The translations under genes and the position numbers were made by a program. A DNA stretch of 64,000 nucleotides from Macrostomum lignano. Lineage: Eukaryota. The notes below the pieces were generated by a model, which was not told where the DNA came from, ran no database searches, and saw only the letters and a list, made by a program, of their open reading frames with translations. Where the stretch lies: NCBI GenBank assembly GCA_002269645.1, contig NIVC01000493.1, positions 496,001-560,000 of the forward strand, written 5' to 3'. Shown here one piece after another: positions 60,594-64,000 of the stretch. Each line of letters starts with the position of its first letter. Position 1 is the stretch's first letter.

Positions 60594-63500
60594 ATGAGTT
60601 CCGCTAGTGAGCCACCGCGCAAGGTGAACAAGAAGCGGTCGGGTTGTTCAACAACTGGCGAAATCTGCCGCAGCGCTGGAGGTGTCGAGGTGGCCGGCTA
60701 CGGTCTGATTTTTTTCTCTGCTTTTGCCTTCGCTGGCGCCGATATGTACCGAGAGTTTGGCCGGACTGCGAAACCAAACGGTGAGCCTCACAGATGCGTC
60801 AGAAAGAGGTTTTGGCCATAGACTAATAACAATAATGACTGCAGGAGGCGACGCCCGTCCCACAATCTGCCCATTCCGCTGACTCCTGAGCACAATACTG
60901 TACTCGGGCACGCACTCATGCACACGCTCACACAGGGTGTACAGCAGCCCTGACTTTCTAACCACCAGGCATGTACACTCTCCGTGCCTTGGGGGGTTGG
61001 CCCTCATAGGTTGTAAATCGCACGACAACCCCCCCCCCCCGGCATGTTTTGTGCAGCCAGGCACTGCTCTCGGCCATAGACAATAGAGCCAATCCACAGG
61101 ACAAGTCCTTGTATCGGGAAATAGTAAAACGTTATTAAACTACAAAATTTTCAGCACCTCCATTGCGGCACATGACTGACGGGTGGCTTTCCGACTACAT
61201 GGTAAAGTACATTCATGACATGCCCATTCCGAACTGTCATAAATTCATTGTATTGATCATAAGTACAAACTGACACATTCTCAGGAGATTCCGGCCGATT
61301 TCATGGAGATCGAAATGCTCAGCCAGTATAAGAGCATTGCTGCCATTTCTGTCGGCTTTCTGATGGTCAGCCTGATCACACTGCGGTGCTCGAGCCGAAC
61401 TGTACGCTCTGGCCTGTCTTGCTTAAAGTTTCATGTCGCTCAACCCCTGGAGAGAGAGTGATCAGTCAGAGGAGGAGTGACAGTGGCAGAGTGATCAGTC
61501 AGAAGAGGAGTGACTGTGGCAGAGTGATCAGTCACGAGAGAGTGACAGTGACAGAGTGATCAGTCACGATAGGAGTGACAGTGACAGAGTCATCAGCCAG
61601 GATAGGAGTGACAGTGGCAGAGTGATCAGTCAGGATAGGAGTGACAGTGATTAGTCAGGATAGGAGTGACAGAGACGGAGTGATCGGTCAGGAAGGAGTG
61701 ACAGTGACAGAGTGAACAGTCAGAGCGGAGTGACAGTGACAAAGTGATCAGTCAGGAGGAGGAGTGACAGTGACAAAGTGATCAGTCAGGAGGAGGAGTG
61801 ACAGTGACAGAGTGATCAGTCAGGAGGAGGAGTGACAGTGACAGAGTGATCAGTCAGAGGAGGAGTGACTGTGACAGAGTGATCAGTCAGAGGAGGAGTG
61901 ACTGTGGCAGAGTGATCAGTCAGAAGAGGAGTGACAGTGACAGAGTGATTAGTCAGGATAGGAGTGACAGTGGCAGAGTGATCAGTCAGAGAGAAGTGAC
62001 AGTGACAGAGTGATCAGTCAGGAGAAGAGTGACAGTGGCAGAGTGATCAGTCACGAGAAAATTGACAGTGACAGAGTGATCAGTCAGGAGAAGAGTGACA
62101 GTGACAGTGATCAGTCACGAGATGAGTGACAGTGACAGAGTGATCAGTCAGGAAGGAGTGACAGAGACGGAGTGATCAGTCAGGAAGGAGTGACAGTGGC
62201 AGAGTGATCAGTCAGAATAGGAGTGACAGACAGTGACAGAGTGATCAGTCAGGAGAAGAGTGACAGTGACAGAGTGATCAGTCAGGAGAAGAGTGACAGT
62301 GACAGACTAATCAGTCACGAGAGGAGTGACAGTGACAGAGTGATCAGTCAGAGGAGGAGTGACTGTGGCAGAGTGATCAGTCAGGAGGAGGAGTGGCAGT
62401 GACAGAGTTTCTGACGAGAGAGTGACAGTGACAGAGTCATCAGCCAGGATAGGAGTGACAGAGACGGAGTGATCAGTCAGGAGAGCAGTGACAGAGACAG
62501 AGTGATCAGTCAGGAGAGCAGTGACAGAGACAGAGTGATCAGTCAGGAGAGCAGTGACAGAGACAGAGTGATCAGTCAGGAGAGGAGTGACAGAGACAGA
62601 GTGATCAGTCAGGAGAGGAGTGACAGTGACAGAGTGATCAGTCAGGAGAGCAGTGACAGAGACAGAGTGATCAGTCAGGAGAGCAGTGACAGAGACAGAG
62701 TGATCAGTTAGGATAGGAGTGACAGTGACAGAGTGCTCAACCGAAATGCCATATCCTGCAAGAGCAGCTGAGAACCTGTCAAGTTCCCCATTCCTCATCA
62801 GGTGCACTACCTGGCTACTACAAGCTTCACCTTGGCTGTGACAGCGGCTATCCTTGGTTACAGAGCAGCGATGTACTTTCTGGTGTTGCACTGCGGTGCT
62901 GTCTGCATGGGATATTTCTCCCAGTTCGGTGTCTGGCTGTTCATTCTGTCGGCAATGATGCTGCAAAACTCGGATTACAGCAGCGCGCTCTTTCAAGTCC
63001 TGGATCTCGAAGGTGATTACTCTCACCTGTTCTACCCAATCTCTGGCTACCTGTACTGCCGCTGCATCTCCGCTGGACTCAGCCTCAACCAAATGCTGCG
63101 GGACCAGAGACGCCAACCTGCAGATGAGGCACAGCAGCTGAGCCTGCTCCAGTTCCTTAGACTGCACCTTCCCCGAGCTTTGGCTTACGGATTTTACCTG
63201 CCCTGGCACTTTTCCGGCCCGATCCTCACCTTTGCTGACTTCTGTCGGGAGGCTGAGAGACCCGACAGGCTGGTGTGGAAGACGAAGCTGCTGCTACAGC
63301 TGGCGTGGCGAGCGACTCGCCTGTTGGTGTGGATGCTGCTGCTTCAGGTGCTGCATCATTTCCTACCTGTTGGAGCATTTCTGGAGAGCATTCGGTCTTA
63401 CGAGTCCGTGCCCTACAAGCGGCTCGTGTTTTCAATGTACCTGCATGGCCAGAACTTCATGCTGGTCTACGTGCAGCTGTACGGCTGGCCGGGTCTCGTG

Positions 63501-63812
63501 TCCAGCATTGACGGAGTCGAGCTGCCGCACTGGCCCGACTGCATCAGCCGGGTCTATACTTACAGGCAGATGTGGCGCGTGTTCGACAGGGGGCTGGCCT
63601 CCTTCATGTACAGCCACATCTACATCCCCATGGGAGGCAGTCGGCACGGCATTGTGAGACAGGTAGCTGCTGTGGCTGCCAGCTTCGCCTTTGTCTCCAT
63701 CTACCACGGCGACTCGACCAGCGTCCGCATCTGGGCTGCGCTGAACGCACTGCAGCTGCTTCTGGAGACCCTGGCCTGCGCTTTCTATGAGAGGAAGTTG
63801 AAGACGTGGCTG
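60594..63812 (+). CDS. HHAT: Hedgehog acyltransferase-like MBOAT (HHAT/rasp); continues past the right edge
   Basis: Phase-consistent exons 60594-60780, 61155-61201, 61285-61401, 62802-63812. Motifs GWLSDYM|EIPADFMEIE, YLFYP...SGPILTF.DF, MWRVFDRGL..FM..HIYIPMGGS, catalytic His in FAFVSIYHGD. Confidence 0.88.
61455..62735. repeat. About 33-nt degenerate minisatellite in HHAT intron
   Basis: GAGTGACAGTGACAGAGTGATCAGTCAGGA-based units. Confidence 0.95.
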
Positions 63813-63827
63813 GTGAGTCCGGGGATC

Positions 63828-64000
63828 AGAGTGACTGACCCAGAGTGAGCTCCGGGTGACTGACCCAGAGTGAGCTCCGAGTGACTGATCTAGAGTGAGC
63901 TCTGAGTGACTGACCCAGAGTGAGCTCCGAGTGACTGACCCCAGAGTGAGCTCCGAGTGACTGATCTAGAGTGAGCTCTGAGTGACTGACCCAGAGTGAG
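63828..64000. repeat. About 25-nt minisatellite
   Basis: GTGACTGACCCAGAGTGAGCTCCGA. Confidence 0.9.

Overview
Eukaryotic (animal) genomic DNA with spliceosomal GT-AG introns and many micro/minisatellites. Short introns (38-84 nt), GC-rich polyQ/polyA exons and repeat style suggest a free-living flatworm such as Macrostomum; this is inferred from style only. Host genes reconstructed by hand: Sp6-9 zinc-finger factor (+), KIND-KIND-REM-RasGEF/KNDC1-like (-) carrying two intronic tRNA-Val(AAC) genes, a glycine-receptor-like anion-selective Cys-loop channel (-) with an internally deleted Ty3/gypsy element in an intron, Cux (3 CUT + homeodomain, -), a DUF4787-like secreted protein (+), a 3-exon globin (+) and HHAT (+, runs off the right edge). 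The standout is bases 1 to about 7900: a Polinton/adintovirus-type protein-primed family B DNA polymerase with all catalytic motifs intact but split by spliceosomal introns. Four introns are 69-70 nt and three of them cut polymerase motifs A, B and C. It is transcribed divergently from a tandem PC4-like putative ssDNA-binding protein and a spliced orphan gene, followed by a palindrome- and repeat-rich noncoding arm. No integrase, capsid, ATPase or separate protease gene is visible, but the element is cut by the left window edge.
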